From NCBI GenBank assembly GCA_963840855.1, contig CAWJBB010000053.1, positions 1 to 64,000 on the forward strand: DNA of 64,000 bases, given 5' to 3'. Each line of letters opens with the position of its first letter. Positions within the stretch are counted from its first letter, which is position 1. This DNA comes from an uncultured delta proteobacterium (GTDB lineage Bacteria; Desulfobacterota; Binatia; UBA9968). A program made the translations under genes and the position numbers. The notes below the pieces were generated by a model. It was not told the DNA's origin. It saw nothing but the letters and a program-made list of their open reading frames with translations, and made no database searches. Below are positions 20,021 to 29,123 of this stretch, one piece after another.

Positions 20021-20419
20021 TGAAAAAGACTCCCGACCCTTTTTATCTCCCCCGCTCTCCACCCGCTCCTCATGGCGACACTTACCAACAGCGAGCGCAA
20101 CGCGACATCGCTAGTGTAGTATGTTCAGTCCATGCTACGTAAAAAAAAGAACACATCGCACGAAACAGCGAAGAAGGTATTGGTCAAGAATCGATATACG
20201 AATCAATCTGCTTCCATCCGCGGAGATTGAAATAGCCGACGCAAAAGTCAGCTCTTGAAGAAATCTCAAGGGTCTCGCGTAAAGCGGGAAGCAGTTGTTG
20301 ATCGATATTGTCGAATATACGTGGCACGAGTGGCTATAGGCCCTTGGAATTTCGGCAATTCTACGCGATGCACTGGCCTTAAGACAAGCGCTACCTGCTT
20401 GATCTGCTTGATCGGGGAA

Positions 20420-20610
20420 GGTTGCCTAGTCTCCCCATTCCTGTAATAAATTTAGTGACTTATGCCGCATGATTTCGTCGAACAAGAGCTCGCGCAGCTC
20501 CGCGATGCCAGACTTTATCGCACCCTGCGCCGTGTGGACGGAGACCAGGGGCCGACTCTGCTCCTGGACGGGCGGGACGTGGTCAACTTCTTATCCAATA
20601 ATTATCTCGG
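20420..20610 (+). pseudogene. Diverged duplicate of the bioF upstream region and first ~50 codons
   Basis: Aligns to 21505-21695; translates LYRTLRRVDGDQGPTLLLDGRDVVNFLSNNYLG and then breaks off; contains a 35-bp perfect identity tract. Confidence 0.9.
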
Positions 20611-20740
20611 GAAAACGCTGATGAGGCGTAATGGTGCCGGGCGGTTGTGGGAAGACTCTGGTGTTTTGCTTACTCTCGAGTCGTCAAGCGATTCGCAGGA
20701 TTTCGCGAGAGCGGGCGGGCGTCGGCGAAGCGGTTCGTAT

Positions 20741-20947
20741 CTATTTGGTTTGATGGTGCTCGCTCGCCTTTTTATAGATTTGATCGAGGCGCATGCCCTT
20801 GAAAAGTTTTTGTTGGATCTTTAGGTAGTCGATACCGGCTTTGGAGAAGTGACGAAGGAATCGCGCAGCGCCGCTATAACCCAACGCGTCGACCAAAGCC
20901 TTTACGCCGAGGTCCATCAAATCCCGTTCGCTGTTAAGCTTTGCCAT
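20741..20947 (-). CDS. Putative antitoxin partner of the PIN-domain protein
   Basis: 68-aa ORF (GVKALVDALGYSGAARFL..GIDYLK) overlapping the PIN gene stop. Confidence 0.65.
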   Translation of the reverse strand: MAKLNSERDLMDLGVKALVDALGYSGAARFLRHFSKAGIDYLKIQQKLFKGMRLDQIYKKASEHHQTK

Positions 20948-21401
20948 AACGCCTGCCCTCGCTCCTGATAAAATCAACTGGATTTATCGCTCGGACCTTA
21001 AATCCGAGACTTCTGCGATGCCGCGACGCTCGCCTTACTACGATGTCGTCACAGGTAACGAAGTAGTCGCATCGTCCGTGTTCCGCGCAGGCCAAATGCA
21101 GAGCGTCTCTGGGTCTTATTTTGCTAACTCTTACAACCCGCTTGGCCAATGTCAGAATCTCAGGTGACGGCGTAATTGTATCCGTGCACAGCCGGGATGA
21201 CAACTGCACCCATTCTTTGCGATCCTCATAAGGATTCAGACCGTTTTCATAGTCCAATACGAATGACCACACTAGCGTTAAGATTTTCTTTGCGGCGAGC
21301 GCGTAAATTCCCTCGATAGCCGTGCTTTCCAGCCGGATGCGTAGCTGGCTTGGATCGTCAAAGCAGCGATTATATATGTTCATATCGCAGTATATTCTCA
21401 C
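20934..21401 (-). CDS. PIN-domain (VapC-like) toxin
   Basis: IYCDMNIYNRCFDD N-terminus and DALHLACA..CDYFVTCD..INPVDF acidic PIN motifs. Confidence 0.85.
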   Translation of the reverse strand: MRIYCDMNIYNRCFDDPSQLRIRLESTAIEGIYALAAKKILTLVWSFVLDYENGLNPYEDRKEWVQLSSRLCTDTITPSPEILTLAKRVVRVSKIRPRDALHLACAEHGRCDYFVTCDDIVVRRASRHRRSLGFKVRAINPVDFIRSEGRRYGKA

Positions 21402-21549
21402 CGTGAAAATCCGGCTTCATGCCGACCGTCTGCTTTAAAAATATTTACGTCATTCTACGTTACGTCTGCACGTATTGACAAGCTTACTTTGCGAATCGCA
21501 GGGCGGTTGCCTAATTTTCCCATCCCTGCAATAAATTTAGCCACTCATA

Positions 21550-22725
21550 ATGGCGAATTTTATCGATAAGGAGTTGGATAGTCTTAAGCAAGCCGGCCTC
21601 TATCGAACCCTGCGCCGTGTGGACGGAGACCAGGGGCCGACCTTGCTTTTGGACGGCCGGGAAGTCGTTAACTTCTCATCGAACAATTATCTCGGCCTCG
21701 CCAACCATCCGGCGCTGCGCGAAGCCGCCAAGGCCGCCATCGACCGTTACGGTTGCGGCTCCGGCGCATCGCGCCTGATCTCGGGAAACATGGCGCTTCA
21801 CGAAGAGTTGGAAGCGAAAATCGCCGAGTTCAAGGGAACCGAAGCGGCGTTGGTTTTCAACTCCGGCTTTCAGGCAAATACCGGAGTCATCCCGGCGCTG
21901 GTCGGTCCCGACGACGTAGTTTTCAGCGACGCGCTGAATCACGCCAGCATCATCGACGGTTGTCGGCTGGCGCGGGCCAAGATCGTCGTTTACGAGCACT
22001 GCAATATGGATCAGCTGCAACGAGGTCTGCAAGAAGCGCCGAGGGATGGCCGCAAGCTGATCGTCACAGAATCGTTGTTCAGCATGGACGGCGACGAAGC
22101 GCCGCTCGCAGAAATTGTCGAACTCGCGGAACGCTACGGCGCCGTAGTAATGATCGATGAGGCCCATGCCACCGGCGTGTACGAACCGAACGGCGCGGGT
22201 TTGATCGCCAAGCTCGACCTGGGCGGGCGCGTGTTGGTGCAGATGGGTACTCTGGGCAAAGCGTTGGGCGGCTTTGGCGCCTATATTGCGGGAAGCAGGG
22301 CGCTGAGAGAGTTGTTGATCAATCGCTGCCGCAGTTTCATTTTCACGACCTCGCTGCCGCCGGCGGTGATGGCGATGGCCATCGCCGCCATCGAGCTGGT
22401 TCGAAAGGAGCCGGAACGACGCGCGGCGCTGCGGCGAAATTGCCAAACTTTGCGAAGCGGCCTCCAGGCGCTTGGTTACAAGGTCGGTGGCAGCCAGAGC
22501 CAGATCCTGCCGCTCATCGTCGGCGACGCCGACGCGTGCATGAAATTCTCCGAGTATTTATTATCCCGCGGCGTGTTTGCCCAGGGGATTCGCCCGCCCA
22601 CGGTGCCGCCGGCAACCTCGCGCCTGCGAATTACCGTAATGGCAACCCACCCACCGGATCACCTGCGCCAGGCGCTGGCGGTTTTTGAAGAAGCGCGTGA
22701 TCTGCATCGGGACGCTCGTGAATAA
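21550..22725 (+). CDS. bioF: 8-amino-7-oxononanoate synthase
   Basis: FSSNNYLGLA, GSGASRL, DALNHASIIDG, DEAHATG, GTLGKALG (PLP Lys), IRPPTVP; in a bioF-bioA-bioD cluster. Confidence 0.95.
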   Translation: MANFIDKELDSLKQAGLYRTLRRVDGDQGPTLLLDGREVVNFSSNNYLGLANHPALREAAKAAIDRYGCGSGASRLISGNMALHEELEAKIAEFKGTEAALVFNSGFQANTGVIPALVGPDDVVFSDALNHASIIDGCRLARAKIVVYEHCNMDQLQRGLQEAPRDGRKLIVTESLFSMDGDEAPLAEIVELAERYGAVVMIDEAHATGVYEPNGAGLIAKLDLGGRVLVQMGTLGKALGGFGAYIAGSRALRELLINRCRSFIFTTSLPPAVMAMAIAAIELVRKEPERRAALRRNCQTLRSGLQALGYKVGGSQSQILPLIVGDADACMKFSEYLLSRGVFAQGIRPPTVPPATSRLRITVMATHPPDHLRQALAVFEEARDLHRDARE

Positions 22726-22742
22726 ATTAAGACGCCTCATCC

Positions 22743-22811
22743 GTCATTCCCGCGCATGCGGGAATCTAGGCCACAGAAATGGTTCTGGATGCCCGCTTTC
22801 GCGGGCATGAC
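22743..22811. repeat. REP-like palindromic element (GTCATTCCCGCG..GCGGGAATC / GATGCCCGC..GCGGGCATGAC)
   Basis: Two inverted hairpin units flanking a short spacer directly after the bioF stop. Confidence 0.75.
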
Positions 22812-22858
22812 GATGAGCAGTCATCGAATGTTTTTGCGGGCTCCTGGACAGGATATTA

Positions 22859-22893
22859 GAGATTTGACGATTGAGAATCGAGGATAGAAGATC
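22859..22893 (+). repeat. Heptamer tandem array (GAGGATA/GAAGATC family), one arm only
   Basis: GAGATTT GACGATT GAGAATC GAGGATA GAAGATC; same family as 29059-29116. Confidence 0.6.
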
Positions 22894-22912
22894 GACGGCC
22901 CGAAGTAACACG

Positions 22913-24265
22913 ATGGATTACGAAGCTCTCAAGCGACTGGACCACAAGTATCTCTGGCACCCGTTTACGCAGATGCAGGAATGGGTGGCCGAGGAGCCCT
23001 GCATCATCAGCGAAGGCGACGGGCATTATCTGATCGATGTTCACGGCCGAAAATATTTGGACGGCGTCTCGTCCCTCTGGTGCAATGTCCACGGCCATCG
23101 CAAGAAAGAAATCGACGACGCGGTTAAAGCACAGCTCGACCGCATCGCCCATTCGACCTTGCTCGGCTTGAGCCATGTGCCGGGCATTCAATTGGCCGAG
23201 AAGCTGATCGCGATCGCGCCCACGGGACTCAAGCGGGTTTTTTACTCCGACAACGGCGCCACGGCCGTCGAGATCGCGCTCAAAATGGCGGTGCAATATT
23301 GCCAGCTCAAGGGGACGAAGCAGCGGACGGGGATAGCGACTCTGGCGCAGTCCTACCACGGTGACACCGTGGGCTCCATGAGTATGGGCTACTCGGAAAC
23401 CTTTCACCGGTTCCACAAGAGCCTGCTGTTCCCGGTGCTGCGCATCACGCCGCCGCACCTGTTTCGCTATGGTCAGGGCATGAGCGAGAGCGCCGCGCTC
23501 GGTGCGGCGATGAACGAAGCGGAAGAAAAACTTGGGCAAAACAAAGACAGTCTGGCCGCGCTGGTCATGGAACCGCTCATGCAAGGCGCCGCGGGCATGT
23601 GGTCGCAGCCCGTCGAGTACGTCAAGGCAATGGCGGAACTATGCCGGCGCAGCGGAATCCTTTTCGTCCTCGATGAGGTCGCCACCGGCTTCGGCCGCAC
23701 CGGCAAGATGTTCGCGGCTGAACACGCCGGCGTGACGCCGGATATTCTCTGCCTTGCCAAGGGCATCACCGGCGGCTATCTGCCGCTGGCTGCGACAGTT
23801 ACGACGGAGGAGGTCTATGCGGCATTTCTCGGCGACTACGACGAGTTCAAAACTTTCTTTCATGGCCACACCTACACCGGCAATCCGCTCGGTTGCGCCG
23901 CGGCGCTGGCCAGCCTCGAACTGTTCGAACGGGAAAACATCATAGAAAAAATGCAGCCAAGGATCGCGTGCTTGCACAGACGGCTCGCCGGCGAGTTCTT
24001 GCGGTTGCCCCATGTAAGCGACGTGCGCCAATGGGGCTACATGATCGGCATTGAATTGGTCGAAGACAAGAAAAGCCTGAAGAATTACGCGACGGAGCGA
24101 AGGATCGGCCACAAGGTGATCGTCGCAGCGCGCAATCATGGGGTGATGATCCGCCCGCTAGGCGACGTGATCATACTGATGCCGCCTTTAACCATCACCG
24201 ATGACGAGCTCACGACGCTCTTGAACGTGGTTTATGACTGCATTCGCAGTGTTACGGAGGGTTAA
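22913..24265 (+). CDS. bioA: Adenosylmethionine-8-amino-7-oxononanoate aminotransferase
   Basis: LWHPFTQM, DGVSSLWCNVHGH, YHGDT, DEVATGFGRTG, AKGITGGYLPL, HGHTYTGNPL. Confidence 0.96.
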   Translation: MDYEALKRLDHKYLWHPFTQMQEWVAEEPCIISEGDGHYLIDVHGRKYLDGVSSLWCNVHGHRKKEIDDAVKAQLDRIAHSTLLGLSHVPGIQLAEKLIAIAPTGLKRVFYSDNGATAVEIALKMAVQYCQLKGTKQRTGIATLAQSYHGDTVGSMSMGYSETFHRFHKSLLFPVLRITPPHLFRYGQGMSESAALGAAMNEAEEKLGQNKDSLAALVMEPLMQGAAGMWSQPVEYVKAMAELCRRSGILFVLDEVATGFGRTGKMFAAEHAGVTPDILCLAKGITGGYLPLAATVTTEEVYAAFLGDYDEFKTFFHGHTYTGNPLGCAAALASLELFERENIIEKMQPRIACLHRRLAGEFLRLPHVSDVRQWGYMIGIELVEDKKSLKNYATERRIGHKVIVAARNHGVMIRPLGDVIILMPPLTITDDELTTLLNVVYDCIRSVTEG

Positions 24266-24290
24266 CCGATCTTTTGGGGCATGCGGTAGC

Positions 24291-24360
24291 TTCATTCTGA
24301 GGCCGCAGGCCGAAGAATCTCAATGCAGATCCTTCGTCGCTCTCGCTCCTCAGGATGACA
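24291..24360. repeat. REP-like palindromic element (TCATTCTGAG..GAAGAATCT / AGATCCTTCG..CTCAGGATGACA)
   Basis: Long imperfect inverted repeat between bioA and bioD. Confidence 0.7.
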
Positions 24361-24394
24361 AACCTCTGAAGGTTCGGAGGACTGTGGCTTCTCT

Positions 24395-25099
24395 ATGGGT
24401 CAAGGGATTTTCATCACCGGCACGGACACCGGCGTCGGCAAGACCTACGTGACATGCGGTCTCGCCGCGCTCCTCCGCGAGTCCGGTTATCGCGTCGGCG
24501 TCATGAAGCCGGCTGAAACCGGTTGCGACGGCGGCGATGGCAAACTGGTGCCGCAAGACGCGCTGGCGCTGAAGGCCGCGGCCGGGTGCGAATTTTCTCT
24601 GGAAAAAATCTGTCCCTATCAATTCCGCGAGCCGCTGGCGCCGAGCGTCGCCGCTGAGCGTGAAGGACGGCGCATCGACGTCGAACGGCTGATGGATATC
24701 TACCGCGAGATCAGCGCCGCCCACGATATTACCCTTGTCGAAGGCGCGGGCGGTTTGATGGTGCCGCTCGTGCCGAGCTACACCTACGCCGATTTCGCAA
24801 GTGTCTTGAAACTGCTAGTAATCGTCGTAGCGGCGAACAAGCTCGGTGCCATCAATCATTTGCTGTTGACGCTGGAGCATGCGAGCTGCAAGGATCTCGG
24901 AGTCCTCGGGTATGTTCTGAATCAGCTGGAGCCCGCGACGTCGCTGGCGGCGGAGACCAATCGCGAGGCACTCTTCTCGCTCACGGCTGTGCCATGTTTG
25001 GGCGAGCTGTCCTACGCTGGAGTCGCCGCGGGAGCAACGGCTGCGGTCGGTGCAGAATTGGATAGCAAGTTTCTCGCCGCGTTATTGCCGAGTCGGTAG
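24395..25099 (+). CDS. bioD: Dethiobiotin synthase
   Basis: FITGTDTGVGKT, MKPAETG, VEGAGGLMVP, LGAINH. Confidence 0.95.
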   Translation: MGQGIFITGTDTGVGKTYVTCGLAALLRESGYRVGVMKPAETGCDGGDGKLVPQDALALKAAAGCEFSLEKICPYQFREPLAPSVAAEREGRRIDVERLMDIYREISAAHDITLVEGAGGLMVPLVPSYTYADFASVLKLLVIVVAANKLGAINHLLLTLEHASCKDLGVLGYVLNQLEPATSLAAETNREALFSLTAVPCLGELSYAGVAAGATAAVGAELDSKFLAALLPSR

Positions 25100-25137
25100 A
25101 AGGCTATGCGGACGGGAAAGCCAATAGGAGATGTTTT

Positions 25138-25905
25138 GTGAGAAAACTCTTGATTCGACTGCGACAGCAGTTGGGCGCGACAAAGATTGCGCGCAGAGTA
25201 TATCGCCGGCTGCCGTCCAACAAGCGCTGCAAGGAATGTCTCGTGCCTTTCCTCGGATTGTTCTCCATTCCTTTCAGCCTGGTGCACATCAGGCCCTCGC
25301 GCAAGAATCCCAACCTGTGCACCCTTTGATATGAGCTGGCTCCTCCGGGCGGGGAGCTCTGCCATATCTCGGTGCTCTTCGTTGACGTGCGCGGCTTTAC
25401 GTCGCTGGCGGAGCGGCTGCCGCCCGCGGAAGTGGCGCAGCGTCTCAATCGCTTCTACGCTCTCGCCTCCAAGGCTATTTTTCACTATGACGGCACGCTG
25501 GACAAGCTCGTCGGCGATCAGGTCATGGCTTTTTTCGGCGCACCGCTCTACGCCGAGGATCACCCGGCCAGAGCGGTGCAAGTGGCGGTAAGAATTCTCG
25601 AAGGGGTCAAGGATCTTGCTCAGGGAGGCGGCCTGAAGGTCGGCGCCGGCATCGCCACGGGGGAGGCCTTTGTCGGCAACGTGGGGGAAGGTGCGGTGAC
25701 GGACTATACGGTGCTCGGAGATACAGTCAACGTGGCGGCGCGCCTGCAGGGCGCCGCCGCGGCCGGACAGATACTCGTCACCGAAGAAACCTATGCGCAG
25801 GTCGCGGCCAAGTTTCCCAATCTTCCGAGTCGCGATATCGAGCTGAAGGGGAAAAGCGAACCGGTCCGCGTCCGAGCGATTGTCGTGAATGGCATCCGAG
25901 ATTGA
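25138..25905 (+). CDS. Class III adenylate/guanylate cyclase with N-terminal CxxC..CxxU motif; in-frame TGA at 25327-25329 (candidate selenocysteine)
   Basis: ORFs 25138-25329 and 25372-25905 are in the same frame, separated only by one TGA: RCKECLVPF..RPSRKNPNLCTL*YELAPPGGELCHISVLFVDVRGFT..DKLVGD..GDTVNVAARL. RBS AGGAG precedes the GTG start. Confidence 0.8.
25328..25368 (+). promoter_or_regulatory. Candidate bacterial SECIS hairpin
   Basis: Upper stem GCUCCUC/GGGGAGC (25339-45/25351-57) with loop CGGGC starting 17 nt after the UGA; lower stem GAUAUG/CAUAUC (25328-33/25363-68). Confidence 0.55.
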
Positions 25906-25968
25906 CCGAGCGCCCATGGGTCGCGCCATCTCACCAGAAAACCAATAGAAAATTGCGAATGCTTTCCG

Positions 25969-26352
25969 TCAAGACTTCCGTTTTTCCTCGTTAATGAAGT
26001 TAAGAATTTTTTGGCGGAGATCTTCGTCGGCACGCGCAATCTCGAAGATCTGGCTGTAACTTTCTTCAGTGAGTCCTTCCTTCGTCAGAGCTCCTTGCAT
26101 CTTTGATACCGCTTCATTTTGAATTTCTTTGCCCTCTTCTGGATTCTTAGCTTCTTTCAGCCGAGGCTCATACACTTGCCGAATCTTCTCAACCTCCACG
26201 TAAACTTTTGCGAAAGACCTGAGTTGGCTCTCACTCACGCTCAGTTGCGGCTTGAGCGATTCTTGCGCCTGAACTTGTTTTGCGCATGGAAGGATGAGAA
26301 ATCCGGCGACAAAAATCGCTGCGACGGTCTTCAGACTCGCTATTTGCATCAC
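25969..26352 (-). CDS. Exported helical protein, DUF4168-like
   Basis: Signal peptide (..QVQAQ), VSESQLRSFAKVYVEVEKIRQ..EGLTEESYSQI..DEDLRQKI. Confidence 0.75.
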   Translation of the reverse strand: MMQIASLKTVAAIFVAGFLILPCAKQVQAQESLKPQLSVSESQLRSFAKVYVEVEKIRQVYEPRLKEAKNPEEGKEIQNEAVSKMQGALTKEGLTEESYSQIFEIARADEDLRQKILNFINEEKRKS

Positions 26353-26386
26353 CTACCTCCTTCTGGGAAAAGATTTCTTTTTTTGG

Positions 26387-26403
26387 AGCAATACACATGC
26401 CAA
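26387..26403 (-). promoter_or_regulatory. Sigma54 (-24/-12) promoter for the DUF4168 gene
   Basis: TTGGCATGTGTATTGCT matches TGGCAC-N5-TTGCW with correct spacing. Confidence 0.65.
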
Positions 26404-26568
26404 TCGTCTCCAGCATGATTATCCAACGTTATTAGATAGATCTTTGTGTCGCGGAGGATGTCGTTGAATGAGTTTCCCTGCAGCTCAGACCAGAAATCTC
26501 TAACAAGATGGGAGTTTGCTCAATTGCGCAAATCCGCAGCAGATTGCATATTGGGCGGGGTCGTTTCC

Positions 26569-27831
26569 TCAACGACGGCGCATTTCGGTTCCGAAACTTC
26601 TTAAGTTCGGCAGCATTATCCAGCAGACCAAGGTAAGCAGTCCGCCGACGGCGCAGCCGACGAGCAGTGCGCCGGGCGCTCCTATGAGCGCGGCGATGAA
26701 ACCCACTTCGGTTGCGCCCACCGCGCTCGCTCCTTGAGAGAACATGTTGAAAACGGCGAAAGCTCGGCCGCGAACTTGATCTGGAGTTAGAAGATGAAAG
26801 GTGGTCTGGCGCATAACCGCTTGCAGTGAATTCACGAGTCCCAGGACGCCGAGTAGAAAGACCGACAGCCAGAAGTTCGTCGATAGTGCGAAAATGCCCA
26901 CGGCCACCGCGTAAGTAAGAAACGACCAGAGTACCACAAGTCCTTTGTGCTCGACATCGCCGATCAGAAGCAGAAGGAAGGTTCCGATAATCCCGCCGAC
27001 CGCCGGAGCCGAGGACAATACACCGAAGCCCGCAGGTCCCACGGACAGAATATCTTTGGCAAAGATCGGCAACAGCGGCCGGTAACAGCCCGCGCCGGCG
27101 ACTATGAAGTCGAGCACGACCATCGCTAAGATAATGGGCTCTGAACCAAGAAACCGCAGGCCGCCTAAAAAACTGCCAACGGAAAATGCTTCCTTTTTGT
27201 GATCCGGTGCTGCCGATGTTTGCATGAGAATAATGCCGATTGCTGCGGGGAGATAGAATATTGCATTGAATAGATACGCGCTGCCGATATCCATCCATTC
27301 AAGACTGACGCCGGCTACCATAGGGCCGATGAAATGGGACGCTTGACCGACGCTGGAATTTAACGACACCGCATTGGTAAGATGGGAACGGGGTACGAGC
27401 TTCGAGATCAGCGCCATCCGAGCCGGATTGAGGACGATATTCAGCGCCGAAGTCAGAGCGGTGCCGACGAGGATATGCCAAACGCGAACGGCGCCGGTCA
27501 GGGTCAAGGTCCCCAGCGCGACGGCAACCAGCAAGTTTCCCGCCACAGTGATGAGGAGCAGCTTCTTGCGGTCGACAAAGTCCGCCAATGTCCCGCCGAA
27601 CAGTCCCAGGGCAAATAAAGGAATTCCTTGTGCTAAACCCGTCAGCCCAAGCTGAAAGGCGGAGCCTGATAATTCATAAACCTGATAGAGATTCTGGATC
27701 TGGCGCATGTGCTGTGCCGTCGTGGCAGAAAGCGCAACGAAAAAAAGCAGGCGGTAATCGCGGTACGCGAGAGATGCCCACGGCCGGAGCGCAAGGGCCG
27801 GTCCGCGGCTTGGTTGTGGATCAGCGGCCAT
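26569..27831 (-). CDS. MFS transporter (EntS/DHA3-like)
   Basis: 12 TM segments, GGTLADFVDRKKLL motif A, TPDQVRGRAF. Confidence 0.9.
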   Translation of the reverse strand: MAADPQPSRGPALALRPWASLAYRDYRLLFFVALSATTAQHMRQIQNLYQVYELSGSAFQLGLTGLAQGIPLFALGLFGGTLADFVDRKKLLLITVAGNLLVAVALGTLTLTGAVRVWHILVGTALTSALNIVLNPARMALISKLVPRSHLTNAVSLNSSVGQASHFIGPMVAGVSLEWMDIGSAYLFNAIFYLPAAIGIILMQTSAAPDHKKEAFSVGSFLGGLRFLGSEPIILAMVVLDFIVAGAGCYRPLLPIFAKDILSVGPAGFGVLSSAPAVGGIIGTFLLLLIGDVEHKGLVVLWSFLTYAVAVGIFALSTNFWLSVFLLGVLGLVNSLQAVMRQTTFHLLTPDQVRGRAFAVFNMFSQGASAVGATEVGFIAALIGAPGALLVGCAVGGLLTLVCWIMLPNLRSFGTEMRRR

Positions 27832-27844
27832 TACGTGGCGGGTG

Positions 27845-29011
27845 CTACCTGCGATAATTCCTCATGACCTCGTCGTGAAGAAGTTTCAGCGGGATTTTCT
27901 TGGCGGCGGCGATCTTTCTCAGATCGTCGTATTCGGGCGCAGCGCGTTTTCTGCCGCCGGGAAGCTCGGCGACTTTGACCCGGACGTTGCCGTAGCGCGT
28001 CTTTACGTTTTCCAGCGAACGGTTGAGGATCACTCGGCCCACCGGGTAGAAGCGAACGCCGATGCTGGTGGTTTCATCCAGGAGGATGCGCGCTAGCTCG
28101 TCGCGGTCTTTAGGTTCGGCAATCACGCTGAGCAGTGTGGCCGGCCGGTTCTTCTTCATCTGCACCGGCGCGAGAAACACGTCGCGGGCGCCGGCGGCGA
28201 AGAGGCGGTCCATGACATAATCGTGGAACTGGGGATTCATGTCATCGATGTTGGTCTCGATGACGAGCATGGATTCTTCTTTCCATCCGGCTTCGCCGCC
28301 GGAACCTAGAACGACGCGAAAGAGATTGGGGCGATGAGCAAACTCTTTTTGCCCAGTGCCGTAACCGACGCTCTCGACGGTCATGGGCGAATGCGCGCCG
28401 AAGCTTTTGCCCAACGCGCTGACAATGGCCGCGCCGGTGGGCGTTACGGTTTCATCGTCGACATCGATTCCTTTGACGGGAAGTCCCTTGAGCAATTCGA
28501 GCGTCGCTGGCCCTGGAACCGGCAGCGGACCATGCCGTGTCCGGGTAAGGCCGCGGCCCAACGGAATGGGCGAAAAATGAAATGCCTCGATCCTTAACTC
28601 ATGCGCGGCCACGGCGGCGCCGACAATATCGACGATCGAATCGGTGGCGCCAACTTCGTGAAAGTGAACCTTGTCCACGGGAATACCGTGGACCTTGGCT
28701 TCGGCTTCGGCGAGGCGAGCAAATATCTTGAGCGCAGTGTCTTTGACATCGGGATGAAGCTTGCTGCGCCGGATCAGCCGTCGAATCTGGTTCCACGACC
28801 GGGCCGGATCGTTTTGCCCGCAGACCACGTGAAATTGGACAGCGCGGATGCCGTGGACGGTTTTCTTCGAAGTCTTCAGGCCAAACCGCAGAACGGGAAT
28901 TTTCTTAAGCTCGCTTTTCAACTTGGCAAGCGATAAACCGGCATCGAGAAGCGCCGCGACAAACATGTCGCCGCTGACGCCGCCGATCAGGTCTCCGTAG
29001 GCGATTTTCAC
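27845..29011 (-). CDS. larC: Nickel-pincer cofactor biosynthesis protein LarC
   Basis: GVSGDM, VHFHEVGATDSIVD, HGPLPVPGPAT, TPTGAAI, ETNIDDM, MKKNRP, PEYDD. Confidence 0.93.
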   Translation of the reverse strand: MKIAYGDLIGGVSGDMFVAALLDAGLSLAKLKSELKKIPVLRFGLKTSKKTVHGIRAVQFHVVCGQNDPARSWNQIRRLIRRSKLHPDVKDTALKIFARLAEAEAKVHGIPVDKVHFHEVGATDSIVDIVGAAVAAHELRIEAFHFSPIPLGRGLTRTRHGPLPVPGPATLELLKGLPVKGIDVDDETVTPTGAAIVSALGKSFGAHSPMTVESVGYGTGQKEFAHRPNLFRVVLGSGGEAGWKEESMLVIETNIDDMNPQFHDYVMDRLFAAGARDVFLAPVQMKKNRPATLLSVIAEPKDRDELARILLDETTSIGVRFYPVGRVILNRSLENVKTRYGNVRVKVAELPGGRKRAAPEYDDLRKIAAAKKIPLKLLHDEVMRNYRR

Positions 29012-29058
29012 GGCGTACCCCGGCGATGCATAGATAGTCGCGCGGTTCCCATGGAGGC

Positions 29059-29116
29059 GAGGACAGAGAATAGAGGATAGAAGATCGCGATTCTCAATCC
29101 TCTATCTTCGATCCCC
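29059..29116. repeat. Heptamer tandem-unit palindrome
   Basis: GAGGACA GAGAATA GAGGATA GAAGATC | GC | GATTCTC AATCCTC TATCTTC GATCCCC. Confidence 0.75.
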
Positions 29117-29123
29117 GGTGTAT

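Noticed and set aside
20210-20280. c-di-GMP-I riboswitch suggested by GACGCAAAAG
   Set aside because: The P2 GNRA/receptor and P1 pairing could not be built.
21402-21549. BirA biotin operator upstream of bioF
   Set aside because: No TGTAAAC..GTTTACA-type palindrome seen.
25012-25929. 305-aa minus-strand ORF spanning the cyclase
   Set aside because: Antisense shadow in GC-rich coding DNA with no motifs; the plus strand carries clear cyclase motifs.
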